A stretch of DNA of 32,909 bases from an uncultured virus (IMG/VR IMGVR_UViG_3300005672_000033) (lineage: Duplodnaviria > Heunggongvirae > Uroviricota > Caudoviricetes): IMG/VR virus record IMGVR_UViG_3300005672_000033. One strand, written 5' to 3'. Below, piece after piece: positions 8,689 through 17,402 of this stretch; positions within the stretch are counted from its first letter, which is position 1; each line of letters starts with the position of its first letter. The position numbers and the translations under genes are program-made. Under the pieces are notes generated by a model that was given only the letters and a program-made list of their open reading frames with translations, searched no databases and was not told where the DNA came from.

Positions 8689-9242
8689 TGTTCGAGCTCG
8701 TCACAACGTCCTTGCGTTGGAGATCTCCGACGCTTCACACTGCACCCGTGGTCGAGCGTCAGGAGCAGCCCGCGAAGAAGCGCGAGGTGCGCGCCAAGAT
8801 GCGCCGCGCCTTCGACGACCTCGACATGGAGGTCTACCAGGCGAAGCGCGACCGCCGCCACCGCCGGCAGCGCTTCATCCGCGCGCTCCGGAAGCTCGCG
8901 GGGATCTGCGCGAGCTGCGGCGGGAGCCTCGTCGGCGCCGACGGCATCACCTGCGTGTGGTGCCTGAGCGTCGACGGCGCCTACAAGCGCGAGCGCCCCA
9001 TCGTCGAGGCCGAGGCGCGCTACATCGACGAGTTCGCCCGCCCGATGCGGCTCAAGTTTGCGCCCCGGATGCTGCCCGTGATCGGGCCGCGGTACGACGG
9101 GGACGACGCGACGTGGCCACCCTGCGCGAACCTCTCGGCCTGCCTCACCGAGGTGATCGCGGCGTGCGGCGCGAAGGACCCGCCAGGGGCGAGCTGCCCG
9201 AGGCATTGCGAGCACTTCAAGGCCGCCAAGGCGGATGCGTGA
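8688..9242 (+). CDS. Hypothetical Cys-rich (zinc-binding) protein
   Basis: CASC...CVWC plus C-terminal Cys cluster; Arg-rich helix; coupled start (ATG 8688 or GTG 8685). Confidence 0.7.
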   Translation: MFELVTTSLRWRSPTLHTAPVVERQEQPAKKREVRAKMRRAFDDLDMEVYQAKRDRRHRRQRFIRALRKLAGICASCGGSLVGADGITCVWCLSVDGAYKRERPIVEAEARYIDEFARPMRLKFAPRMLPVIGPRYDGDDATWPPCANLSACLTEVIAACGAKDPPGASCPRHCEHFKAAKADA

Positions 9243-9483
9243 GCGGCGCATGACGTTCACGCTGAAAGAGGTCGTGTTTCCCGTCGTGATCTCGACCGAC
9301 GAGTTCGAGCGGGAAGCCGCGCAGCCATCGCTTGCCGAGCTGCTTCACGACCGGCAGCGGCGAGCACTCGATCGAGAGCAGGAGTGGGTCACCGTCTTGC
9401 ACGGGCGCCGCGTGCGAGACGTGAGGACAGGCAAGACCTACGAGGTGATCGAGCGCGACGGCCGCCGGGGGTACTGGCGATGA
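9235..9483 (+). CDS. Hypothetical protein
   Basis: 82 aa, overlaps both neighbours, high GC3. Confidence 0.6.
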   Translation: MRERRMTFTLKEVVFPVVISTDEFEREAAQPSLAELLHDRQRRALDREQEWVTVLHGRRVRDVRTGKTYEVIERDGRRGYWR

Positions 9484-9668
9484 GCGCGACCATCCTCTCG
9501 ATGCCGCTCGTACCGCAGCGTCTGAGGCGCTCGACACCAGAGGATCCCGACGAACCGGACCCCACGTGGGAGAGCTGCTGCGAGTGCGGCGGCACCGGCG
9601 AGACGCTCGACGGCGGGCGCGAGTGGCGTTGCATGGCCTGCCTCGGCCTTGGTCGGATCCTCCGGTAG
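9480..9668 (+). CDS. Small zinc-finger protein (DnaJ-type CxxCxGxG motifs)
   Basis: CECGGTG and CMACLGLG; ATG at 9480 coupled to the upstream TGA. Confidence 0.65.
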   Translation: MSATILSMPLVPQRLRRSTPEDPDEPDPTWESCCECGGTGETLDGGREWRCMACLGLGRILR

Positions 9669-9851
9669 CGCGCCCGAGCGAGACGACGACTCCAGAGACC
9701 GCGCGCGAGATCGATCGATCTTCTCGGAGGGTCGCCAAGCCGGCGCGCCCCCGATCACCGGTCGCGTGGGACCGGCCATGGTCAAGGAACGGCGGTCTTC
9801 CTTGCTTATGCAGCGCGGAAAGCCGACGTAGTGAAGCCAGCTTCACCAGGA

Positions 9852-9891
9852 GCCGGCTCGCCTGCGTTCCCATCGGTGAGAACGTCGCAGC
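9852..9891 (+). promoter_or_regulatory. Late promoter-like motif with palindromic operator-like site
   Basis: GCCGGCTCG 9852-9860; CGTTCCCATCGGTGAGAACG 9865-9884; ATG at 9892 with no SD. Confidence 0.65.
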
Positions 9892-10071
9892 ATGCCGGTC
9901 ATCGTCGTCGACGACGTGAAGCTCGACCTGTCCGCGCTCCTGCCCGCTTGGACCAGGGCGGAGCTCGAGGCTGAGGTGGGCAGGAAGCTGCTCGAGCACC
10001 TGGCCGTTCGGGGGCGCTTCGTCGGGCCCGCCCAGCTGCCCCCGCGACCGCAGCGCTGGTGGAGGCGCTGA
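9892..10071 (+). CDS. Small hypothetical protein (59 aa, not in ORF track)
   Basis: MPVIVVDDVKLDLSALLPAWTRAELEAEVGRKLLEHLAVRGRFVGPAQLPPRPQRWWRR; TGA overlaps the next ATG (TGATG). Confidence 0.65.
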   Translation: MPVIVVDDVKLDLSALLPAWTRAELEAEVGRKLLEHLAVRGRFVGPAQLPPRPQRWWRR

Positions 10072-11339
10072 TGCCCCCGACGATCACCTCGGTCCTCCCC
10101 GCCGCGGGCCACACCGGCGGCTCCACCCTCATCGAGATCAAGGGCTCGGGCTTCGTCCTCCCGCCCGGCCCGGGCGCGGCCATCCCGGCGCCGCCGCAGG
10201 CCTCGCGCATGCGGGTTCTATTCGGGGGCGAGCTCGCCGAAGGCCTCGAGGTCGCGGACAGCGGCACCCTCTACTGCTTCACGCCGACCCACGATCCCGG
10301 CGTCGTCGACGTCGTCGTCCAAGAGCTGGGCGAGCTGCCGGCCGAGGCGTGGTCGGCGACAGGCCCCTTCAATTTCACCGGCGGCGAGACGCTCAAGCTC
10401 GTCGTACTGGGTGGCGAGACGCAGACGGTCACGATCGGGGCAGGGGAGATCACCGCGGGCGCCGCCACGCCGGCGCAGGTCGCGGCGGCGCTGAACCGCT
10501 TCGCCGGCATCCAGGCCACCGTCGCCGACGGCCGCGTGAAGCTCCGCACCGACGCGCGCGGGCCGAGCGCGACGCTCCAGGTGTCGGGCGGCACGGCCGC
10601 GGGCCAGCTCGGGTGGGACGACGAGGTCTACGAGGGGAGCGCCGAGCTCGAGCTCGTGGGCCAGCCCGTCACCGCCGCGGGCGCCTACGAGTTCCTCCTG
10701 CCCGACCTCACCCAGAAGGCGCCGGTCACGCTCGCGCTCGAGCGGCTCCAGGTCGAGCTCGCCCGGCAGATCTACCCGAACGTGCACTTCGCCACCCACT
10801 CCGACTTCGACGACGAGACCGGGGACCTGCTCAACACCACGTTCCTGGCGAAGCTGCCGGGCATCGTGCTCGCCGACGTGCAGCTGCCCGATTCGCGGCT
10901 CCCGGTGGCGAAGACCGACGTCGAGGACGACGCGGACGGGGAGGGCGGCACGTCGCTCGTGCGCGAGCCGGAGGACCTCATCGACGCGATCGTGACGGTC
11001 CTCCTCGTGACCGACAGCCCCGTCGAGCTCTTCAACCTCACCGCGATCCTGCGGCGGTGGTCGCGCAAGACGACGAAGCTGGTCGTGGGGGCGGTCGAAT
11101 ACCCCATGACCTGGGAGATCGGGCAGCCGATCCAGGTGACCGCGAACAGGGGCGGGGAGAACCTGCAGACGTTCACGGCCCAGGTGTCGATCCTCGGCAT
11201 CCCGAACGGCGACATCCCGCTCGCCTACTCGGGCCCGATGCCCGAGGGCGTGAAGCAGGGCACGCGATACGAGAGCGTGAAGCAGCTCGGGTTCCCGCAG
11301 ACGGCGGGGCCTGACCTTGGATTCGAGCCGAAGCCGTAG
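10071..11339 (+). CDS. IPT/TIG-domain virion protein; C-terminal domain possibly tail terminator/neck (Pvc16-like)
   Basis: PTITSVLPAAGHTGGSTLIEIKGSGF is a TIG start; internal module shared with the sheath; GGAGG upstream. C-terminal role is inference only. Confidence 0.7.
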   Translation: MPPTITSVLPAAGHTGGSTLIEIKGSGFVLPPGPGAAIPAPPQASRMRVLFGGELAEGLEVADSGTLYCFTPTHDPGVVDVVVQELGELPAEAWSATGPFNFTGGETLKLVVLGGETQTVTIGAGEITAGAATPAQVAAALNRFAGIQATVADGRVKLRTDARGPSATLQVSGGTAAGQLGWDDEVYEGSAELELVGQPVTAAGAYEFLLPDLTQKAPVTLALERLQVELARQIYPNVHFATHSDFDDETGDLLNTTFLAKLPGIVLADVQLPDSRLPVAKTDVEDDADGEGGTSLVREPEDLIDAIVTVLLVTDSPVELFNLTAILRRWSRKTTKLVVGAVEYPMTWEIGQPIQVTANRGGENLQTFTAQVSILGIPNGDIPLAYSGPMPEGVKQGTRYESVKQLGFPQTAGPDLGFEPKP

Positions 11340-11361
11340 CTGCTCGGGCGCCATGTATGGC

Positions 11362-11409
11362 GGCGCGCCGGCTCGGCTCAGTCGTTCTCACCGGTGAGAA
11401 CGCGGGGCG
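11362..11409 (+). promoter_or_regulatory. Late promoter-like motif with perfect 20-bp palindrome
   Basis: GGCGCGCCGGCTCG 11362-11375; CGTTCTCACCGGTGAGAACG 11383-11402; ATG at 11410. Confidence 0.7.
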
Positions 11410-12000
11410 ATGGGAACCGATCTCGCCGCATGGCTACTGGCTGCTGCTCTGCACTTCGCTCCGCCCGAGAAGCTGCCGCAGTTCCCCGGGCACGAGGAAA
11501 GCCACGAGGCCGCGCTGGTCCGATACTCGGTCATCGCGCTCGACGTGGCCGACGTCGTCGAGGAGATGAAGGGCAGTAAGCAGGAGGCGGCACTCCTGCT
11601 CGCCTGGGCCATAGGGGAATCGGGCCTCGCGCGCGACGCCGACGTGGGCCCGTGCTTCCGAGGCAAGCACAAGGGGGGGAACTACCGGACCCGATGCGAC
11701 TCCGGTGCGGCCGCCTCGATGTGGCAGATCCACGAGCACCTCGCGAAGGACGGGACGCGGGTCACGAAGGAGATGCTCTTCGAGGAGCGTCGTCTCGCGG
11801 TCCGCACGATGCTCCGCGCGCTGCGCTCGAGCTCGCGGGCGTGCAAGCACCTCGAGCCCCGGGACCGCTTCAGCCAGGCCGGGCTCGGCCGGTGCGTCGA
11901 GGGGAACGCGAGCGTGCGGGCGCGCTTCAAGCTGTGGGGCCGCGTCGCGGGGTGGATGCCCAAGCCGCCGCCGAAGAAGGCGGACGGGGCGTCGACGTGA
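11410..12000 (+). CDS. Putative lysozyme-like/lytic transglycosylase (candidate endolysin)
   Basis: ALLLAWAIGESG (Glu-Ser at helix end) and ASMWQIH resemble SLT motifs; hydrophobic N-terminus; followed by small membrane proteins. Confidence 0.5.
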   Translation: MGTDLAAWLLAAALHFAPPEKLPQFPGHEESHEAALVRYSVIALDVADVVEEMKGSKQEAALLLAWAIGESGLARDADVGPCFRGKHKGGNYRTRCDSGAAASMWQIHEHLAKDGTRVTKEMLFEERRLAVRTMLRALRSSSRACKHLEPRDRFSQAGLGRCVEGNASVRARFKLWGRVAGWMPKPPPKKADGAST

Positions 12001-12167
12001 GCGCGGTGTACCGGACGTCGGCCACGGTCTCCGAGGAGCCGGCTCTGGACGTGGCCTATCGACCGCCGCTCTGGGCTCGGATCTGCCTCTGGGTCTGCGT
12101 GGCGAACTTCTGCATCCAGACCGCCAGACTCACCCTCGTCATCCTCGAAGCTGCGGGGGCCCCGTGA
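11997..12167 (+). CDS. Small membrane protein (holin candidate)
   Basis: 56 aa; hydrophobic LWARICLWVCVANFCIQTARLTLVIL; GTGA-coupled at both ends. Confidence 0.5.
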   Translation: MSAVYRTSATVSEEPALDVAYRPPLWARICLWVCVANFCIQTARLTLVILEAAGAP

Positions 12168-12526
12168 CCGCCGGCGCCCCGGCGATGCGACCGCCGCCGA
12201 TCGGACCCGACAACCAGGGCCCGCCCGGCGAGGTGAAGCCGAAGGGCAGTCCCCTGTTCGGCTGCGGGCTCCTGCTGCTGGTCCTGTTGGGCAGCGCGCT
12301 CGCCGTGCTCGTCTTCCACCGGGTTGTCGGGACGCGCGAGCCGGTCGTGGTCAGCGCCGAGCCTCCCCGCGAGTCGCGCGACGTGTACGCCCAGCTCCGC
12401 GAGCTCGACCGCCGGCTCATCCACCTCGAGGTCGACCGGATGGCGCGCCCCTGCTCGCGCGTCGACCCGCCCGAGGAGCTCACCGACTTCGAAGACGAAC
12501 AACTCGAACGAGGAGGACGACGATGA
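12164..12526 (+). CDS. Single-pass membrane protein with short coiled coil
   Basis: LFGCGLLLLVLLGSALAVLVF transmembrane segment then YAQLRELDRRLIHLE; coupled at both ends. Confidence 0.6.
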   Translation: MTAGAPAMRPPPIGPDNQGPPGEVKPKGSPLFGCGLLLLVLLGSALAVLVFHRVVGTREPVVVSAEPPRESRDVYAQLRELDRRLIHLEVDRMARPCSRVDPPEELTDFEDEQLERGGRR

Positions 12527-12729
12527 AAACGCCGAGGAAGCTCTACGCGGTTGTGTCGAAGAAGGCCGCCAACCGGACCCTGCAGGAGAATGACCTGTGC
12601 GTCGGGCGAAAGGTCGCCGACCGGCTCGCGAACGCGCGCAACACCGGTGCCTCGCAGGTCCACGACGACTACGGCAAGCCGGTCCGCGTCACGGATTGGC
12701 GCGTCGAGACCTTCGTAAAGGGGGACTGA
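12523..12729 (+). CDS. Hypothetical protein
   Basis: GGAGGA SD; ATGA coupling; 68 aa. Confidence 0.65.
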   Translation: MKTPRKLYAVVSKKAANRTLQENDLCVGRKVADRLANARNTGASQVHDDYGKPVRVTDWRVETFVKGD

Positions 12730-12733
12730 GCCG

Positions 12734-13282
12734 ATGTTTGACCGAACGAAGCTGCCCAGTCAGGTGAGCGTGACGGTGACCGCACCTGTTACGTATGTCG
12801 GCGAGCACAAATGCATGATCGGGACGCGCCACGTGGTGGTCGCGACCGCAAATCGCCATCGGGTCGAGGCCACCTTCTCCGACGCGGTAGGCGACGAATT
12901 CAACAACCCAGAGGCGGTTCAAGGGCGACTGGAGAGTGCGCTCAGGGAAGACATCAACGCCGCCCTCGAGGCGGCGGCCGTTGCGGCCGACGCGCGACAC
13001 GCCGTGGAGGCCAAGCTGCCCCAGCTGCAGATCGAGGAGGGGGCGTCGATTACCGCGATGCCAACAGAAGAGCTTCTTTCGCTCGTTCGGCAGGCGCACG
13101 CCTGCGCGATCACGACCACCGCGATCGCTGTGGCCGCAAAGGAGGATGCAGAGGCGAAGGCGAAGCAGGCGGCGGCTGCGCTGGACCGCGTCAAGGACCT
13201 CGAAGAGGCTCTTTCGGTGCACCTGAAGCTTCAAGAAGGCGATCGACTCGGGATCGGCGGTCGCGTCTACCGACGTTGGTAG
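12734..13282 (+). CDS. Hypothetical protein with coiled-coil C-terminus
   Basis: 182 aa; AAGGGG upstream; fills the gap before the next promoter motif. Confidence 0.65.
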   Translation: MFDRTKLPSQVSVTVTAPVTYVGEHKCMIGTRHVVVATANRHRVEATFSDAVGDEFNNPEAVQGRLESALREDINAALEAAAVAADARHAVEAKLPQLQIEEGASITAMPTEELLSLVRQAHACAITTTAIAVAAKEDAEAKAKQAAAALDRVKDLEEALSVHLKLQEGDRLGIGGRVYRRW

Positions 13283-13287
13283 AGCAC

Positions 13288-13330
13288 GCGCCGGCTCGCG
13301 GCTCGGCCCCCGCCCCGTAGCGTCGGGGCC
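13288..13330 (+). promoter_or_regulatory. Late promoter-like motif
   Basis: GCGCCGGCTCG 13288-13298; TAGCGT 13318-13323; GTG at 13331 with no SD. Confidence 0.6.
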
Positions 13331-13810
13331 GTGCAGCTCGTCACGCTCCAGAACAAGGGTCGGACGCCTCTCACCCTCATCCTCCCGCACGAGACCGCGT
13401 GCGCGGAGGGCAGCTGCCTCTGCGGCATGCAGACGGTGGGGACGAGCGAGCTGAACCCCGAGAGCGGCGAGCTGACCTCCCAGGTGCGCGCGAAGCGCAT
13501 GCCGATGAGCCTCCAACTCTTCGGGGGCGAGGCGAGCGGACCGCTGCCCGAGACGGTCAAGCGCTGCCCGGACGTCGCCAAGGCGATGCGCGCGGGCGCG
13601 CTGCTGGTCGAGGCCTGCAAGCCACCGGCGCCGCCGGTCGAGGGAGCCGGCCCGGGCGCCGCGGCGCCGCCGGCGGCCGACACGGCGACCACCACCACGA
13701 CCGTCGCCGCGAGCTCGCCGACCGACGCGACGCTGGCGCCCCCCGGCGGTGACGCCGGCGCCGACGAGACCCGCACGCCCGGCCGCCGCGGCCGCAACCA
13801 GGAGCGCTGA
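13331..13810 (+). CDS. Hypothetical protein upstream of the sheath
   Basis: Ordered N-terminal domain with H..C....C.C cluster; Pro/Ala/Thr low-complexity tail. Confidence 0.7.
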   Translation: MQLVTLQNKGRTPLTLILPHETACAEGSCLCGMQTVGTSELNPESGELTSQVRAKRMPMSLQLFGGEASGPLPETVKRCPDVAKAMRAGALLVEACKPPAPPVEGAGPGAAAPPAADTATTTTTVAASSPTDATLAPPGGDAGADETRTPGRRGRNQER

Positions 13811-13813
13811 GCC

Positions 13814-16075
13814 ATGCCCCGTCCCTCTGGCACGTACTTCGAGGAGGAGCAGGATACCCTGCCCTCGCCGCAGACCCTGACGGATGCGATCGCGCTCTGC
13901 CAGGGCATCTCCGAGCGCGGCCCGCTCTCGCCGACCCTCTGCCGCTCCGACACGGAGTTCTTCCGCCTCTTCGGCGGCTACACCGTCGACAACTTCGACA
14001 CGCTCGCGGCGGTGCAGCAGTACTTCGACAACGGCGGTCGGCTGCTCATGTTCTGCCGCGTCGTCCACCACAGCGACCCGACCGACCCGACGACGGCGAC
14101 GTGCGCCACGGCCGAGCTGACGCTCCAGACCTCGAGCCTGGTGGCAGGCAGCGGCTCCGTCCTCGGCTCCGCTGTCGCACCGTTCGACCTCGAGCCCGCC
14201 GACACCATCGTGGTCTCGGTCGACGGCGGTGGAAATCAGACCGCGACGTTCAACGCGACCGCGGCGAGCCGCGACTCGACGACGGGCACCTTCGCGCTCT
14301 CGGACGGCCAGAACCTCACCGTCTCGATCGACGGCGGCCCGGTCCAGACCATCACCTTCGCGACCGCGATGTTCGTGGCGATCGGGGCGGCGACCGCCGC
14401 CGAGGTGACCGCGGCCATCAACGGCCAGATCACCGGCGCAAAGGCGACGGTCGTCTCGAACGCCTCGCGCATCACGAGCGACAAGCGCGGCTCGAGCTCG
14501 GGCGTCAACGTCACCGGCGGCACCGCGAACACGGCGCTCCAGTTCACCACGGGCAACGTCGCGGGCACGGGCAACGTCCTCAACATCGACGCCGTCACCG
14601 CCGCCGAGTTCAAGACCGTCGTCGAGGCGGCCGTCACCGGCGTCACGGTCACGTCGGAGGCTGGTCAGCAGCGCATCCGCTCGAACACCACAGGCGGTTC
14701 CTCGACCATCCAGGTCCAGGTCGCGTCCACCGCCGACGACGAGCTCGGGTTCGACAACGCGCTCCACACGGGCAACGCCGCCGGCGCCGTCAACACGGCC
14801 AAGGTGAAGGGCAAGACCCCGGGCGCGTACGCCAACGGGCTGCGCGTCATCGTCGCGGCCCCCTCGAATGGGGAGACCGGCCGGTTCAACCTCTACGTCG
14901 AGCGCGCCGGCGTCGTCGTCGAGCGGTTCCAGGACCTCTCGATGCTCGACACCGACCCGCGGTTCGCGGAGCGAATCGTGAACAGCGAGGTCCCCGGCAT
15001 CGGGTCCAACCTCATCGCGGTCGAGGACCTCGACGCTGCGGCTGCGTTCCCGGCCGACGTCCCAGCGACCGGCACGTTCGGCCCGCTCACCGGCGGCAAC
15101 AACGGCCTCACGAGCCTGAGCGACAACGACTTCATCGGCGGCACCGGTGCCAACGGCAAGGTCGGTCTGCGCAAGTTCGATACCGAAGACGGCGACATCC
15201 TGATGTCCCCGCAGCGCGCCACCCCGGCGGTGCAGAACGCGATGCACACCTACTGCGAGGTGACGCGCGAGATGAAGATCTTCCCGGTGTACGACGCCCC
15301 CGCGGGGTACTCGAGCACCCAGATCGTCAACTACTTCAAGAACACCGCGCTGCTCTTCGACCTCACCGAGAACGGCTGCGCCGACTGGCCGCGCATCAAG
15401 GTCACGAACCCGAACAAGGACATCTACGGCGATGCCGACCTGCTCGTCGCTCCGAGCTCGGGCACCACGGCCGGCCTCATGGCTCGGGTCGAGGGCGCCA
15501 AGGAGTTCGGCGTCTTCGATCAGCCCGGCGGCCCCGCTCCGGCATACCTCCCCCGCAACGTGCGAGGCCTCGAGACCGATGAGGTGCTCGACGACAACGT
15601 CCGCGGGTTCGTGTTCGACGCGAACATCAACCCCTACACCCGCAAGCGCTCCAAGGCGCCGGGGTCGTTGGGTCAGTTCGGGCCGATCTACCGCGACGGC
15701 GTCCGCAACCTGCGCCGCACCGGCAACTGGCCGAGCAACGGGCAGCGCCGCGGCGTGACGTGGACCAAGAAGCAGCTCGACGCCCTGATGGATCCGACCC
15801 GCCACCGGAACATCACGGACGAGCTCATCGACCAGATGAAGGACAAGGCCGACACCCTGCTCCGCCAGGGCGCGCGCGCCGGCGCCTTCGCGTCGCGTGT
15901 CCCCGAGGAGGCCTACGTCCTCGACTTCGGGACCGGGCTCAACACCGCGGCGACGCGCAAGGCCGGTACGACGCACGGCCGCGTCGGCCTCGCCACGTCG
16001 AACGCCAACGAGTTCATCTTCCTCAAGATCGGCCCCGACAACCGCCAGCTCGCCGCCGAGCTCGCGGCTCAGTGA
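13814..16075 (+). CDS. Contractile tail sheath protein
   Basis: PSGTYFEE start, RGP..PT....EFFRLFG, YFDNGG, PGAYANGL, VERF, LTGGN, YDAP, WPRI, APSSG..AG, INP, RR C-terminal sheath motifs. Confidence 0.93.
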   Translation: MPRPSGTYFEEEQDTLPSPQTLTDAIALCQGISERGPLSPTLCRSDTEFFRLFGGYTVDNFDTLAAVQQYFDNGGRLLMFCRVVHHSDPTDPTTATCATAELTLQTSSLVAGSGSVLGSAVAPFDLEPADTIVVSVDGGGNQTATFNATAASRDSTTGTFALSDGQNLTVSIDGGPVQTITFATAMFVAIGAATAAEVTAAINGQITGAKATVVSNASRITSDKRGSSSGVNVTGGTANTALQFTTGNVAGTGNVLNIDAVTAAEFKTVVEAAVTGVTVTSEAGQQRIRSNTTGGSSTIQVQVASTADDELGFDNALHTGNAAGAVNTAKVKGKTPGAYANGLRVIVAAPSNGETGRFNLYVERAGVVVERFQDLSMLDTDPRFAERIVNSEVPGIGSNLIAVEDLDAAAAFPADVPATGTFGPLTGGNNGLTSLSDNDFIGGTGANGKVGLRKFDTEDGDILMSPQRATPAVQNAMHTYCEVTREMKIFPVYDAPAGYSSTQIVNYFKNTALLFDLTENGCADWPRIKVTNPNKDIYGDADLLVAPSSGTTAGLMARVEGAKEFGVFDQPGGPAPAYLPRNVRGLETDEVLDDNVRGFVFDANINPYTRKRSKAPGSLGQFGPIYRDGVRNLRRTGNWPSNGQRRGVTWTKKQLDALMDPTRHRNITDELIDQMKDKADTLLRQGARAGAFASRVPEEAYVLDFGTGLNTAATRKAGTTHGRVGLATSNANEFIFLKIGPDNRQLAAELAAQ

Positions 16076-16083
16076 GGTAAGCC

Positions 16084-16554
16084 ATGCCTGCCAAGGGTCG
16101 TCCCAAGAACCCCGTCCTCAAGCACAAGTTCGTCGGGCGCGTGTCCGACAACGACATCGCCTGGTTCTCGAAGATCAGCGGCTTCGCCGACGAGAGCGAG
16201 ATCGCCGAGGCGCACGAGGGCGGGAACCCGAACTTCGCCTGGCAGAGCCCGGGCAAGACGAAGTACTCGCCGCTCGAGGTCATGTCCGCGGGCAGCGAGA
16301 ACCGCGAGCTCTACGAGTGGCGGCAGGAGGTCAAGCGCTCAGCCGGGCTCGACGGCATCGCCGGCGACGACGCGAAGAAGACGTTCACCATCGACGTCTA
16401 CGGCCTCGGCAAGAAGAAGATCGGGCGCTGGGTCTTCGAAGAGGCCTGGATCTCGAAGTACACCCCCGGCGAGTTCGACGCGGCCTCCTCCGGCTTCGTC
16501 GAGGAGCAGGCCACCATCCACTACCGCGAGTTCCGCTGGGAACCCGCGACCTGA
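16084..16554 (+). CDS. Tail tube protein (T4 gp19-like)
   Basis: FSKISG, EGG, PGKTKYSP, LYEW, RWVFEEAWISKY..GEFDA pattern; follows sheath; GAGG SD. Confidence 0.92.
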   Translation: MPAKGRPKNPVLKHKFVGRVSDNDIAWFSKISGFADESEIAEAHEGGNPNFAWQSPGKTKYSPLEVMSAGSENRELYEWRQEVKRSAGLDGIAGDDAKKTFTIDVYGLGKKKIGRWVFEEAWISKYTPGEFDAASSGFVEEQATIHYREFRWEPAT

Positions 16555-16577
16555 CCCCGACCTGAACGAGGCAAGAC

Positions 16578-17273
16578 ATGTCACTCGCAGAAGATTGGAA
16601 CAGCGGCGGTTCGGCGTCGGTCCCGGGGTCGGCGGAGCCGAACCTGCGCGACTACATGCACGCGCTCCACGGGGTCGCGAGCCTCACCGCGCTCAAGGCG
16701 ATCAAGGCCGGCCAGCGCGACCACGGTATGCCCGCGCGCGTCACCGACGGCGTCGCGGCAGGGCCGTGGCGCTTCCACGCCACCTGCGCTCTCACCGGCG
16801 ACGACGTCCTCGTCGTCACGCCCGCCGACAACCCGACCGTCGGACGGTGGCTGCGCGACGTGGGCGCGTGCGAGCTCGTGTTCCCCTTCACCTTCGAGAC
16901 GGCCGATGCCGCCGTCCACTGCGCCCTGCAGGCCGGCTGCTTCCTCCACGTGCTCGAGCCGAGCTGGATGGTGAGCACCTCGTTCACGGGCGGCACGAGC
17001 TCCACCATCGGCCTGAGCTCGAACAAGACGGGGTTCACCTCCAAGGGCGACCTGCTCGGGGGCGCCGCTGGCGATGCCGCCGCGAACCTGACGGCCTCCG
17101 CGACGGTTCGCCGGATGGGCACCATCGGTGCGGGCTTCGACACCCTGGCGAAGCGCCGGGTGATCTGGGGGCCGGGCGACAACTTCCGCCACGACCGCAT
17201 CACGAGCGCGTTCGCCGCCGGCGTGGGTCAGGTCCGCGTCTCGGCGATCATCCTCCAGAACGCCGGCTCGTAG
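16578..17273 (+). CDS. Hypothetical virion-associated protein
   Basis: 231 aa Gly/Ala/Thr-rich, beta-type; GAGG SD; follows the tube gene. Confidence 0.7.
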   Translation: MSLAEDWNSGGSASVPGSAEPNLRDYMHALHGVASLTALKAIKAGQRDHGMPARVTDGVAAGPWRFHATCALTGDDVLVVTPADNPTVGRWLRDVGACELVFPFTFETADAAVHCALQAGCFLHVLEPSWMVSTSFTGGTSSTIGLSSNKTGFTSKGDLLGGAAGDAAANLTASATVRRMGTIGAGFDTLAKRRVIWGPGDNFRHDRITSAFAAGVGQVRVSAIILQNAGS

Positions 17274-17324
17274 CCCGCGCGCCGACACGACACCTCGCCG
17301 CAGCTCCGGCACGGTCGGGCCTTC

Positions 17325-17380
17325 GCCTGGCGCCGCTCACCACGGACCGTCCTCCGGTGGTGGGTGGCGCTGGGCCTTTT
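17325..17380 (+). terminator. Long hairpin with short U tract (terminator or small RNA)
   Basis: GCCTGGCGCCGCTCACCACGGA pairs with TCCGGTGGTGGGTGGCGCTGGGC (22 bp, four G-U pairs, one bulge, 6-nt loop), followed by CTTTT. Confidence 0.6.
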
Positions 17381-17402
17381 CGCGCCTTACCAATCTGTCC
17401 TG

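Noticed and set aside
12689..15976. 1095-aa minus-strand ORF
   Set aside because: Antisense shadow of the sheath and neighbours; high GC3 on the + strand suppresses stops; no motifs.
17262..17270. Exact GCCGGCTCG at the end of gene 16578-17273
   Set aside because: Encodes the final codons and has no start codon 31-34 nt downstream; short GC-rich matches occur by chance.
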